A stretch of DNA of 59,093 bases from Actinomycetota bacterium. Its GTDB lineage: Bacteria; Actinomycetota; Acidimicrobiia; IMCC26256; VFJJ01. Made by a program: the position numbers and the translations under genes. This document shows positions 38,808-47,618 of this stretch, one piece after another. Under the pieces are notes generated by a model that saw only the letters and a program-made list of their open reading frames with translations, searched no databases and was not told where the DNA came from. The stretch is taken from positions 1-59,093 of the forward strand of contig VFJJ01000142.1 of the NCBI GenBank assembly GCA_009886115.1. The letters are read 5' to 3'. Positions within the stretch are counted from its first letter, which is position 1. The number at the start of each line of letters is the position of its first letter.

Positions 38808-39627
38808 GCCGGTCGCCCACGTAGTTGACGGCCAGGATCGTGATCGACAACACGGCTGCCGGGAACAGGGAGACATGGGGTGCATCGCGCAGCCGGCCCT
38901 GACCGCCGGCGATGATCCCGCCCCACGAGATCGTGTCGACCGGGACGCCGACACCGAGGAAGCTCAGCGCGCCCTCGATGATGATCACGATCCCGAAGGC
39001 CAAGAGGGCGAAGACGATCAGCGGGCCGATGACGTTGGGAAGGATCTCCTGACGCACGATCCGACCCGAACCGGCGCCGAGGCAGCGGGCGGCGGTCACG
39101 TACTCGCGCTCGACCGCCCCGAGCGTTCCGGCCCGGGCGATCCGGGCGAACAACGGCACCATCAAGACGCCGATGACCGCCGTCACGGTCGTGACGCTCT
39201 GGCCGCGAATCGAGGTCACGGCCACCGCGAGCACCAGCGCGGGGAAGGCGAGCATCGAGTCGAGCACCGTCACGATCAGGGTGTCGACCCGCCGCCGGAA
39301 GTAGCCGGCGATGAGCCCCAGCACGCCACCGATCGACATGCCGATCGTCACCGAGACGACCCCCACGATCAGCGAGACGCGGGTGCCGTGCAGCACCCGG
39401 GCCAGGATGTCGCGCCCGTTGCCGTCGAAGCCGAACGGGTGTCGCCACCCCGGCCCCTCGAGGCGGCGTAGGAGATGTCCACGGCCGGGATCGGTGGGCC
39501 ACATTGGGGCCAGCACGGCGACGACGACGAGCAGCGTCAGCCAACCCAGGGCCGCGCGGAACAGCACGCCCCGATCGGAGCTCGTACGAGGCTCTTGCGG
39601 GCGCGGCTCAGCCCGGCGGCGGAACAC
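38770..39627 (-). CDS. Peptide/nickel ABC transporter permease (DppC/OppC-like)
   Basis: HPFGFDGNGRDILAR, EYVTAARCLGA, ILPN, LSFLGVG, WG. Confidence 0.93.
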   Translation of the reverse strand: MFRRRAEPRPQEPRTSSDRGVLFRAALGWLTLLVVVAVLAPMWPTDPGRGHLLRRLEGPGWRHPFGFDGNGRDILARVLHGTRVSLIVGVVSVTIGMSIGGVLGLIAGYFRRRVDTLIVTVLDSMLAFPALVLAVAVTSIRGQSVTTVTAVIGVLMVPLFARIARAGTLGAVEREYVTAARCLGAGSGRIVRQEILPNVIGPLIVFALLAFGIVIIIEGALSFLGVGVPVDTISWGGIIAGGQGRLRDAPHVSLFPAAVLSITILAVNYVGDRLRGGGSLRIGGR

Positions 39628-40561
39628 GGCGGATCCTCGGGTCGATCGCCGAGTAGAGCGCGTCGACGAGCAGGTTGACGATCACGAAGGCGACCGCCAC
39701 GAAGAGCGTGACGCCCTGCACCACAGTGAAGTCGCGCGCCGGGATGGCGTCGAGCATGAGCTTGCCCATTCCAGGCAACGAGAACAGGCGCTCGACGACG
39801 ACCGAGCCACCGAGCAGCGTGCCGAAGTTGAGACCCACCAAGGTGACCAGGGTGAGCGACGACGGGCGTAAGGCGTGGCGGAGGATCACCCGTCGGCGGG
39901 GAAGGCCTCGACCCCGAGCGGCCGCGATGAAGTCCTGATCCATCGTCTCGAGCAGGTCGGCCCTGAGGACCCGGGTGTAGATCGCAGCCTGGCCGAGCGC
40001 CAGCGTGAACGCCGGCAACACCAACGAGTGCAGGTTGCCCGAGATGTCGTCTCCCAGGCGCGTGTACTCCGACGCCGGGAACACGTCGAGCTTCACCGCG
40101 AGGAGCAGGATCAAGACGATGCCGATCACGAACCCGGGGATCGAGACGACGACGAACGACGCCCCGCTGGCAACCCGGTCGAAGAGCGAGCCCGGCCGAG
40201 CGGCGCCCATGGCGGCCACGGGGATGGCGATCGAGAGCGCCAGGATCTGCGCCAGGAGCACCAGCTCGAGGGTGACGGGCACCCGCTCGCGCACCATGTC
40301 GGCGACGGGCCGGTTCTTGTCGTACGACCATCCGAGATCGCCGTGCGCGACATCGTTCACCCAACGCCCGTAGCGCGTGAGGAAAGGATCGTCGAGGCGA
40401 AGGTCGGACCGCACCTGGGCCAGCCGCTCGGGATCGGCTGTCGGCCCGAGGATCGCCACCTCGGGTCCGCCCGGCAGGAGATCGAGCAGGAGGTACGAGC
40501 CCAACGACACCAAGGCCAAGACGCCGACCAGCGAGAGGATGCGCCGACGCCAGAAGGCCAT
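39608..40561 (-). CDS. Peptide/nickel ABC transporter permease (DppB/OppB-like)
   Basis: GDLGWSY, TLEL, FIAAARGRG, HALR, VERLFSLPGMG, DPRIR. Confidence 0.94.
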   Translation of the reverse strand: MAFWRRRILSLVGVLALVSLGSYLLLDLLPGGPEVAILGPTADPERLAQVRSDLRLDDPFLTRYGRWVNDVAHGDLGWSYDKNRPVADMVRERVPVTLELVLLAQILALSIAIPVAAMGAARPGSLFDRVASGASFVVVSIPGFVIGIVLILLLAVKLDVFPASEYTRLGDDISGNLHSLVLPAFTLALGQAAIYTRVLRADLLETMDQDFIAAARGRGLPRRRVILRHALRPSSLTLVTLVGLNFGTLLGGSVVVERLFSLPGMGKLMLDAIPARDFTVVQGVTLFVAVAFVIVNLLVDALYSAIDPRIRRVPPPG

Positions 40562-40570
40562 GGGCCAAGA

Positions 40571-42268
40571 TCAGCCCGGCACCGTACGGAACATGTCGCG
40601 GGCCGGGAACTGCAGCCCGTGGATGGTTCCTGGGTCGATCCCGGCGACCCCGTCGATACAGGCCAAGCCGGTGATGAGGAACGTCCCGAACGTGACTGGC
40701 ACGTCGGTGGCGATGGTGCGGATCGCCTCGGCGTAGAGCTCTCGGCGCTCGTCGCTATCGGGGTTGACCCGGCCTTCGTCGAGGGCGGCGTCGACCGTGG
40801 GGCTCGAGTACTTCTCGAAGTTCAAAGAGCCGGTCGAGTGGAAGTAGTTGTAGAGGAGCACGTCGGGGTCGGCGAAGTCCTGCAACTGCCAGATCGACAT
40901 GTCGTAGTTGCCGGTGATGACGTTGACGATGAGCGTCGTCTGGTCGAGGGCTGTGTCGAGCGTGACGTCGAAGCCCACGTCTTCCCACATCTGCTCGAGC
41001 GCGATCGCCAGCTCGAGCAACGAATCGGACGAGGGCGTCTGATACGTGAACGTCGGCGACGAACCGGTCTCCTCGGTGTACTCGTCGACGAGCCGGCGGG
41101 CGTTCTCGGGATCGAACGTGGGATACCCCGTCTCTGCGACGTGCCAGGGCGAGCCCGGGGGGAAGGGCCCGTTGGCGATGACACCCGTCCCGCCGGCCAG
41201 GGCCTCGACCAGGGTCTCGCTGTCGGTGGCCTCCACCAGGGCCCGCCGCATGCGGGGATCGTCGAAGGGAGCTCGAGCGTTGTTGAAGAGGTTCATGAGC
41301 GGGATGCCCACGACCTCGACGAACCTGACCTCGCCTTCCTCGCCGAGCCTCCGAAGCGCGGTGATGTCGGCCTGGCCCACGTTGAAGCAGTCGACCTCCT
41401 CGGCCTCGAAGGCGGCCCGCCGGCCGGCGTCGTCGCTGATGGCCCGCATGACGATCTCGTCGAGCAACGGCGGATGGTCGAGATCCCAGAACTCGGGGTT
41501 GGGAACGAGCGTAAGGCTCACCTCGCGGTCCCACTCGGCGAGGAGATAGGGCCCGGTCGCCACGAGGTTGTTGGGCAGGTCGTCGCCGAGCTCGGCCGCC
41601 GATGCCGGCGAGATCATGACGCCCGGAGGCGCGGCCAGCACTGCGGGCAACGCCACCCAGGGCGCGTCGAGACGGAGGATGGCCGTGGTGGCGTCGACCA
41701 CCTCGATCTCGATGATCGGCGCGACCAGGGTCGCCGTGACGAGCGACGTGCGGTGCCGCTCGATGTTGAACCTCACCGCCTCGGCGTCGAGTGGGGTGCC
41801 GTCGTGGAACACGATCCCGTCCCGCAGGACGAGCGTCCAGCTCAGGCGATCGGCTGATTCGGTGAGCGATTCGGCGAGGTGGGGGAGGAGCTCGTCGGTG
41901 GCGGGGTCACGCCGCATCAGGGTGTCGGCGACGGCGTTGAAGACGGTCATCGCGGCGGAGTTCACGGCGCCGGTGGGGTCGAGGGTGTTGGGCTCGGAGC
42001 TCAGACCCAGGGTGATCGACCCACCGTCGGCCACCTCGGGCGGCGCGGTGGTGGGCGACTCGGTCGCCGGCGTGGTGGTGTCGCCACCGGGCGCCGCGGT
42101 GGCAGTGGTCGTCTCGGTCGGCTCACCGCCCGACGCCGCCGTGGTGACGCTCGAACCCCCCGAGGGTGAGGCCTGGCCCGTCGTGTCGTCGTCGCTGCTG
42201 CAGGCCGCGATGGTGCTCAGCATCACGATCAGGACCAGGGCCAGGGTCGTGGTGTGGCGACGGCTCAC
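40571..42268 (-). CDS. ABC substrate-binding lipoprotein (family 5, DppA/OppA-like)
   Basis: AACSSDDD lipobox, TLDP, LAES, FHDGTPLDAEAV, TGPY, PFDDPRMRRAL; GAGGAGG RBS before GTG 42268. Confidence 0.92.
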   Translation of the reverse strand: MSRRHTTTLALVLIVMLSTIAACSSDDDTTGQASPSGGSSVTTAASGGEPTETTTATAAPGGDTTTPATESPTTAPPEVADGGSITLGLSSEPNTLDPTGAVNSAAMTVFNAVADTLMRRDPATDELLPHLAESLTESADRLSWTLVLRDGIVFHDGTPLDAEAVRFNIERHRTSLVTATLVAPIIEIEVVDATTAILRLDAPWVALPAVLAAPPGVMISPASAAELGDDLPNNLVATGPYLLAEWDREVSLTLVPNPEFWDLDHPPLLDEIVMRAISDDAGRRAAFEAEEVDCFNVGQADITALRRLGEEGEVRFVEVVGIPLMNLFNNARAPFDDPRMRRALVEATDSETLVEALAGGTGVIANGPFPPGSPWHVAETGYPTFDPENARRLVDEYTEETGSSPTFTYQTPSSDSLLELAIALEQMWEDVGFDVTLDTALDQTTLIVNVITGNYDMSIWQLQDFADPDVLLYNYFHSTGSLNFEKYSSPTVDAALDEGRVNPDSDERRELYAEAIRTIATDVPVTFGTFLITGLACIDGVAGIDPGTIHGLQFPARDMFRTVPG

Positions 42269-42294
42269 GTGCTTGTCCTCCTCGTTCACTCGGG

Positions 42295-42813
42295 TCACTG
42301 CTCGGGGATGAACAGTCCGACGATCGTCTCGGTGACGACCGGAGCTCCGTGGATCGTGCGCCAGTGGGTCTCGTAGTGGGTCACCTGCATCGCTCCCCGC
42401 TTGCTGTGCTTGACGTAGGCCTCCGAGGTACGCCGCCGTCCTTCGAGCACGTCGCCGACGAGCGGCGTGCGGTGGTACTCGAAGTGCTGCTCTCCGTGGA
42501 GGTAGATGCCCTTCACATCGGCCAACGCGATGGTGGGGTTCTCGTCGCTGTCGGGCGCACCGCTCGCGGAACCGCCCGAGTCGGGGCCGGGCTGGAGGTC
42601 GGGCCAGGCCCCGCCGTGCTCCATGACGAAGGTGTACGTCGGTGGGCACGGGATGGCCGTGAAGCCCGCAGCGTGGGCCGCCTCGTCGGAGCGGTACACC
42701 GGGTTGCGGTCCTTGACGGCCTTGTTGAAGACGCTCACACCGGTGCGCTCGATCTGCACCCGGACGGGAGCGCTCCAGGGCTTCCAGGTCAGCTCGGGCA
42801 CATCGGCGTCCAT
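42295..42813 (-). CDS. MaoC-family dehydratase N-terminal (hotdog) protein
   Basis: FNKAVKDRNPVY, PPTY, LHGEQHFEYHR..VGDVL. Confidence 0.85.
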   Translation of the reverse strand: MDADVPELTWKPWSAPVRVQIERTGVSVFNKAVKDRNPVYRSDEAAHAAGFTAIPCPPTYTFVMEHGGAWPDLQPGPDSGGSASGAPDSDENPTIALADVKGIYLHGEQHFEYHRTPLVGDVLEGRRRTSEAYVKHSKRGAMQVTHYETHWRTIHGAPVVTETIVGLFIPEQ

Positions 42814-42928
42814 TGGTCGTCCCCTGTTCTGGTTTCCCGGTTGGCTGCGGACGGATCGTAGCGACCCGACCGCATACGTACATCGCAGCGGTCCGCTGGC
42901 GGTCCGCTGGCGGATGGCCCCGCGGCGT

Positions 42929-43330
42929 TCAGCCCGTGGCCAGGAGCTCGAGGAGGTTGCCGTCGGGATCCCTGAAGTACACCGACTCGCCGCGGACGCC
43001 GTCGGCCGAGGTGCGGGCCACCGGCCCTTCGATGATCTCGACGTCGACGCCCCGCAACAGGGCGATGACCGTCCCGACCGGACCGTGCCAGCGAAAGCAC
43101 AGGTCGGCCGAGCCGGCGGTCGGACGGGTCGCGTGCGGCGACACCGGCGCGGACGCCGGGTGCACGTTCACGCGACTGGCGCCGATCACCAACGACACCA
43201 CGGGACTGGCGCCGGCTCGCCACTCCTTCTCGTAGAGCACCTGGGCACCCAACACCGAGCGGTACCACGAGAACGTGGTCTCGATGTCGGCCACGGTGAT
43301 GGCCACGTGGTCGAGGCCCCGGATGGTCAT
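42929..43330 (-). CDS. VOC/glyoxalase family protein
   Basis: LDHVAITVAD, GSADLCF, SVYFRDPDGNLLEL. Confidence 0.9.
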   Translation of the reverse strand: MTIRGLDHVAITVADIETTFSWYRSVLGAQVLYEKEWRAGASPVVSLVIGASRVNVHPASAPVSPHATRPTAGSADLCFRWHGPVGTVIALLRGVDVEIIEGPVARTSADGVRGESVYFRDPDGNLLELLATG

Positions 43331-44127
43331 CGGTCGGTCCCCGAGTCGGCTGCCGGCTCGTGCTGGTCCCAGATCGTGCGTCGTCCGGCCATCCCGCCTC
43401 CGTCGATCACGAACTCCGATCCGGTGATGAAGCTCGACGCGTCGGACGCCAGGAACACGATCAGGTCGGCCACCTCGTCGACCTGACCCGAACGGGCCAG
43501 GGGCAGGTGCGCGAACCGGGCGTCGCCCAGGCCGGCGTCGTCGGGCCCGAGCATGGCCGTGGCGATGGGCCCGGGGTGCACCGAGTTGACCCGAACGGCT
43601 GGACCCAGCTCCACCGCCGCCACCTTCGTCATCCCACGCACCGCCCACTTCGAGGCGCCGTACGAGAGATGTCCCGAGTACCCCGTGAGCCCCGCCGTCG
43701 ACGAGATGTTGACGATCGAGCCGCCGGCCCGCCCCGGCCGGTCGAGCATCACGGGAGCGACCGTGCGCATGCCGATGAACGTGCCCACGAGGTTCACCGC
43801 GAGGACCTTCTCGAGCCCGGCCACCGTCTCGTCGAGGATCGACACGAAGCGGTGGATGGCCGCATTGTTGACCAGCACGTCGACGGTCCCGAAGCGTTCG
43901 ACCGTGAGATCGACGACCCGGCGCCAGTCGTCCTCGATCGACACGTCGTGATGCACGAAGACAGCTCGGTCGGCCGGCAGCGTGCCTGCGACCGCAGCGC
44001 CGTCGGCATCGAGCACGTCGGTGAACACGACGCATGCGCCTTCGGCCACGAAACGCCGCGCCTCGGCCTCCCCTTGACCCCGCGCTCCCCCGGTGACGAT
44101 GGCCACCTTGCCCTCGAGTGCTCCCAT
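43327..44127 (-). CDS. SDR oxidoreductase (3alpha,20beta-hydroxysteroid dehydrogenase-like)
   Basis: TGGARGQG, NNAA, YGASKWAVRGMTK, RVNSVHPG, TGSEFVIDGG. Confidence 0.93.
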   Translation of the reverse strand: MGALEGKVAIVTGGARGQGEAEARRFVAEGACVVFTDVLDADGAAVAGTLPADRAVFVHHDVSIEDDWRRVVDLTVERFGTVDVLVNNAAIHRFVSILDETVAGLEKVLAVNLVGTFIGMRTVAPVMLDRPGRAGGSIVNISSTAGLTGYSGHLSYGASKWAVRGMTKVAAVELGPAVRVNSVHPGPIATAMLGPDDAGLGDARFAHLPLARSGQVDEVADLIVFLASDASSFITGSEFVIDGGGMAGRRTIWDQHEPAADSGTDR

Positions 44128-44213
44128 GGCAGTCGACCCTCTCGGCCCGCCGGTTGGCTCAAGGTGCGTGCGGGCGGCGCAGCCTACCGGGACCTTCGCC
44201 TAGATTCGCCGGC

Positions 44214-44684
44214 ATGACTCCTGGATACATCGCCATCACGACACTGATCTACACCTACGCCGAGCGCATCGACCTGGGCGACTTCGACGGCGTGGCCGAC
44301 CTCTTCAGCGATGCCACCATCACCGTCGAAGGCACCGATACCCAGATGTCGGGCAAGGCGCCGGTGCTCGCCATGTACCAGGCGACGACCCGCCTGTATC
44401 CCGACAACGGCACGCCGCACACCAAGCACGTCACGACCAACCTCATCATCGACATCGACGAGGGCGCGGGGACGGGTAGGTGCCGTTCGTACTTCACGGT
44501 GTTCCAGGGCGTCGACGACTTCCCGGCCCAGCCGGTGATCGCCGGGCGCTATCACGACCGTTTCGAGCGTGTCGACGGGGGGTGGCGCTTCGCCCACCGC
44601 CACATGTTCTGCGACCTGTTCGGTGATCTCTCCCGGCACATGCTCATCCCCATCGGGCCCGGCGGCGAGCTCCCCACGCTGTGA
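44214..44684 (+). CDS. SnoaL-like / NTF2 family protein
   Basis: YAERIDLGD, TKHVTTN, RSYFTV, GRYHDRF..W.F. Confidence 0.88.
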   Translation: MTPGYIAITTLIYTYAERIDLGDFDGVADLFSDATITVEGTDTQMSGKAPVLAMYQATTRLYPDNGTPHTKHVTTNLIIDIDEGAGTGRCRSYFTVFQGVDDFPAQPVIAGRYHDRFERVDGGWRFAHRHMFCDLFGDLSRHMLIPIGPGGELPTL

Positions 44685-44727
44685 CCCCACGGCGGTGACC
44701 CACCCCACCCCCACCCCCTACCCCACG

Positions 44728-44774
44728 AAATGAGCGCGGAAATGCGCACCCGGTGAGCATTTCCGCGCACATTT
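44728..44774. repeat. REP-like intergenic palindrome, copy 4
   Basis: aaatgagcgcggaaatgcgcacc-c-ggtgagcatttccgcgcacattt (2 mismatches); close to 15079-15115. Confidence 0.82.
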
Positions 44775-44817
44775 GGGGAGATGGCGGAGCACCGGCACGA
44801 GCACAGGGGCCGAGGTG

Positions 44818-46626
44818 ATGGACACGAGGGCGATCGGCGACCTCGCGCTCCTCTCCGACTGCCATGGGGCGGCGATCGTCGACCGCGCCGGCTCGATCGT
44901 GTGGCTGTGCCTGCCCCGCTTCGACAGCCCGGCGGTGTTCGGCCGTCTGCTCGATCCCGCGGCCGGCGAGTGGTCGATCACCCCGAGCGACGAGTTCGAG
45001 GTGACGCGTCGGTATCTCGACGCCACGATGGTGCTGGAGACGACGTTCCGCACGGCCACCGGCTCGGTGGTGCTCACCGATGCGCTGGCGCTCGGCGACG
45101 GAGACCGCGGGCACGACATCGGCTCGGGATCGCCCCACGTCGTGCTCCGCCAGGTGCGTGGCCTCTCGGGCTCGGTGACGATGCTCATGCGGTGCGCTCC
45201 CCGCCCCGAGTACGGGCTCGTGCGTCCCCTCGTGGCCCTGGTCGAGCACGGAGCGAACGTCATGGGTGGGCCCGACGTGCTCACGTTGTCGGCGTCGGTC
45301 CCGCTCGGGGTGGAGCGCTCCACGGTGACGGCTGCGTTCACGATCGACGCGGGATCGTCGACGAGCTTCGCGCTCCATCGCCGGTCACGATCGCAGAGCC
45401 CGGCGTCGGTGATGTCGTCGGGCGAGATCAGCCGTCGTCTCGATGACACGATCGAAGGTTGGCGGTCGTGGTCCGGCGATCACCAGAGCTACCAAGGGCC
45501 CTGGCGCGATCTCGTCCACCACAGCGGTCGCGTGCTCCAGGCCCTCACGTATCAACCGACGGGCGCCATCGTGGCCGCCGCGACCACGTCACTTCCCGAG
45601 GCCATCGGCGGCAACCGGAACTGGGACTACCGGTACACCTGGGTTCGTGATGCCAGCTTCACCCTCGACGCGCTCTGGGTCGCCGCCTGCCCCCACGAGG
45701 CCAACGGGTTCTTCTCGTTCATCTCCCGTTCGGCTGCGGCCGGCCTCGACGACGGTTCCGATCTCCAGATCATGTTCGGGGTGGGTGGCGAGCACGACCT
45801 CGCCGAACGGGAGCTGGCGCATCTCGCCGGGTGGCGCGATTCCCGGCCGGTGCGCGTCGGAAACGGCGCCTGGAACCAGAAGCAGCTCGACGTGTACGGC
45901 GAGCTGCTCGCCGCTGCGGCTCGCCTGCCGCACGTGATCGATCGACTCGACGAACCGACACGTCACTTCCTCGTGTGCTGTGCCGACGCGGCTGCCGCGC
46001 GCTGGACGGAAACCGACCAGGGGATCTGGGAGGTACGAACGGGGCCCGCGCACTTCACGTACTCCAAGCTCATGTGCTGGGTGGCGCTCGACCGGGCGAT
46101 CTCGATGGCCGCGGCGCTGCGTGCCGAGAGCCACGTGGCGCGGTGGGAGCTCGTGCGGTCAGAGATCGCCGAGGCGATCGAGCGCGATGGCTGGAGCGAC
46201 CGGGCCGGTGCCTACACGCAGTCGTTCGGATCGCACGTGCTCGACGCCTCGGTGCTCATGATGCCCATCGTGGGCTTCATCGACCCGCGTCACCCGCGCA
46301 TGCTGGCCACCCTCGAAGCCATCGAACGCAGCCTCACCGACGTGCGCGGCCTGGTGTACCGGTATCTCGAGCCCGATGGCCTCGAAGGCGACGAAGGCTC
46401 GTTCTTGTTGTGCACCTTCTGGTTGGCGCAGGCTCGGGCTCTGGCCGGCGAGGTCGAGCACGCCACCGAGATCTTCGAGCGGGCAGTCAGGTACGTGAAC
46501 GACGTGGGGCTGCTGGCCGAGGAGGTCGACGCCCGCACGGGCGAGCTCCTCGGCAACTTCCCTCAGGCGTTCAGCCACATCGGGCTCGTCAACGCAGCCT
46601 GGGCGATCTCCCAAGCCCGGGGCTGA
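44818..46626 (+). CDS. Glycoside hydrolase family 15 (trehalase/glucoamylase-like)
   Basis: WLCLPRFDSP, AATTSLPE..GG.RNWDYRYTWVRD, QLDVYGE, GIWEVR, LLAEE, GNFPQAFSH. Confidence 0.95.
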   Translation: MDTRAIGDLALLSDCHGAAIVDRAGSIVWLCLPRFDSPAVFGRLLDPAAGEWSITPSDEFEVTRRYLDATMVLETTFRTATGSVVLTDALALGDGDRGHDIGSGSPHVVLRQVRGLSGSVTMLMRCAPRPEYGLVRPLVALVEHGANVMGGPDVLTLSASVPLGVERSTVTAAFTIDAGSSTSFALHRRSRSQSPASVMSSGEISRRLDDTIEGWRSWSGDHQSYQGPWRDLVHHSGRVLQALTYQPTGAIVAAATTSLPEAIGGNRNWDYRYTWVRDASFTLDALWVAACPHEANGFFSFISRSAAAGLDDGSDLQIMFGVGGEHDLAERELAHLAGWRDSRPVRVGNGAWNQKQLDVYGELLAAAARLPHVIDRLDEPTRHFLVCCADAAAARWTETDQGIWEVRTGPAHFTYSKLMCWVALDRAISMAAALRAESHVARWELVRSEIAEAIERDGWSDRAGAYTQSFGSHVLDASVLMMPIVGFIDPRHPRMLATLEAIERSLTDVRGLVYRYLEPDGLEGDEGSFLLCTFWLAQARALAGEVEHATEIFERAVRYVNDVGLLAEEVDARTGELLGNFPQAFSHIGLVNAAWAISQARG

Positions 46627-46659
46627 CGTTTTCCTCGATTGCCTGACGGACGGCCCTGG

Positions 46660-47568
46660 TCACACCTCGCCACCCTCCGGCGTGTGCTCGACGTCGAAGG
46701 ACGGCCCGCCGCCGCGCGCCGCGGCCTCGGCAGCCTTGCGGGCCCACTCGGCCTTGAGATCCTCGGTGGTACGCAGCACCCCGTCGACCTTCAGCTCGCC
46801 GGTGACGTGCACCTCGCCCATGACCTCGTCCATGTAGGCCGGGCCCTCGTTGGTGGGGATGAACCATCCGGTTGGGCACATGGTGAGGATCTCGACGAAC
46901 GAGAACCCCTGTCTGGCGATCTGGGTCTCGAAGGCCTTCTTGAGATAGCGCTTGGCTCGGGCGACACCGGCCGGGTTGTGCACCGACGCCCGGGCGCAAT
47001 ACACGGTCCCCTGGAGCGGGGCGAGCATGTCACCGATGAGGATGGGATACCCGTGGTAATCGGGGTCGCGCCCTTCGAGGCTGTTCTTGGTGCGCTGCCC
47101 GAGGACGGTGGTCGCGGTCATGTGTCCACCGGTCTCACCGAAGACCCCGTTGTTGACGAGGATGCACGTGATGTGCTCGCCCCGCGCTGCGGTGTGGATC
47201 ACCTCCTGCAACCCCTCGTTGACCATGTCGCCGTCGCCCTGGAGCGTGAACACCACGGTGTCGGGCTTCATGCGCTTGACGCCGGTGGCGAGCGACGGCG
47301 CTCGGCCGTGCAGGGCCTGCACCGTGTCGATCGCCAGCGACATCGAGAACGTCGTGTAACACCCGATCCCGGCGACCACGATCACGTTGTTGCCCTGACC
47401 GAGATCCTCGATGGCCTCGCAGAAGCAGCGCACGGCCAACGGCTCGCCGCACCCCGGGCACATGTCGTGCTCGTCGGTGAGCAACAGGCGCGGTCGGTCG
47501 TCGACGATACGGCGCGATGGCTCCGACGGGGCCACGTCGGTGCGGAGATACACGGGGGTGACGGTCAT
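46660..47568 (-). CDS. 2-oxoacid:ferredoxin oxidoreductase beta subunit (TPP-binding)
   Basis: CPGCG, GIGC, HGRA..ATG.K, GDGD, NN..FG.TGG, CPTGW. Confidence 0.92.
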   Translation of the reverse strand: MTVTPVYLRTDVAPSEPSRRIVDDRPRLLLTDEHDMCPGCGEPLAVRCFCEAIEDLGQGNNVIVVAGIGCYTTFSMSLAIDTVQALHGRAPSLATGVKRMKPDTVVFTLQGDGDMVNEGLQEVIHTAARGEHITCILVNNGVFGETGGHMTATTVLGQRTKNSLEGRDPDYHGYPILIGDMLAPLQGTVYCARASVHNPAGVARAKRYLKKAFETQIARQGFSFVEILTMCPTGWFIPTNEGPAYMDEVMGEVHVTGELKVDGVLRTTEDLKAEWARKAAEAAARGGGPSFDVEHTPEGGEV

Positions 47569-47618
47569 CGTCGGCTCCTCGATCGTTTGCCCACACTCTT
47601 GCGTACGTGCGCGCCCAC

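Noticed and set aside
259..44774. Palindromes or tandem repeats as a CRISPR array
   Set aside because: Copies are about 15 kb apart or directly tandem without unique spacers; no cas genes seen
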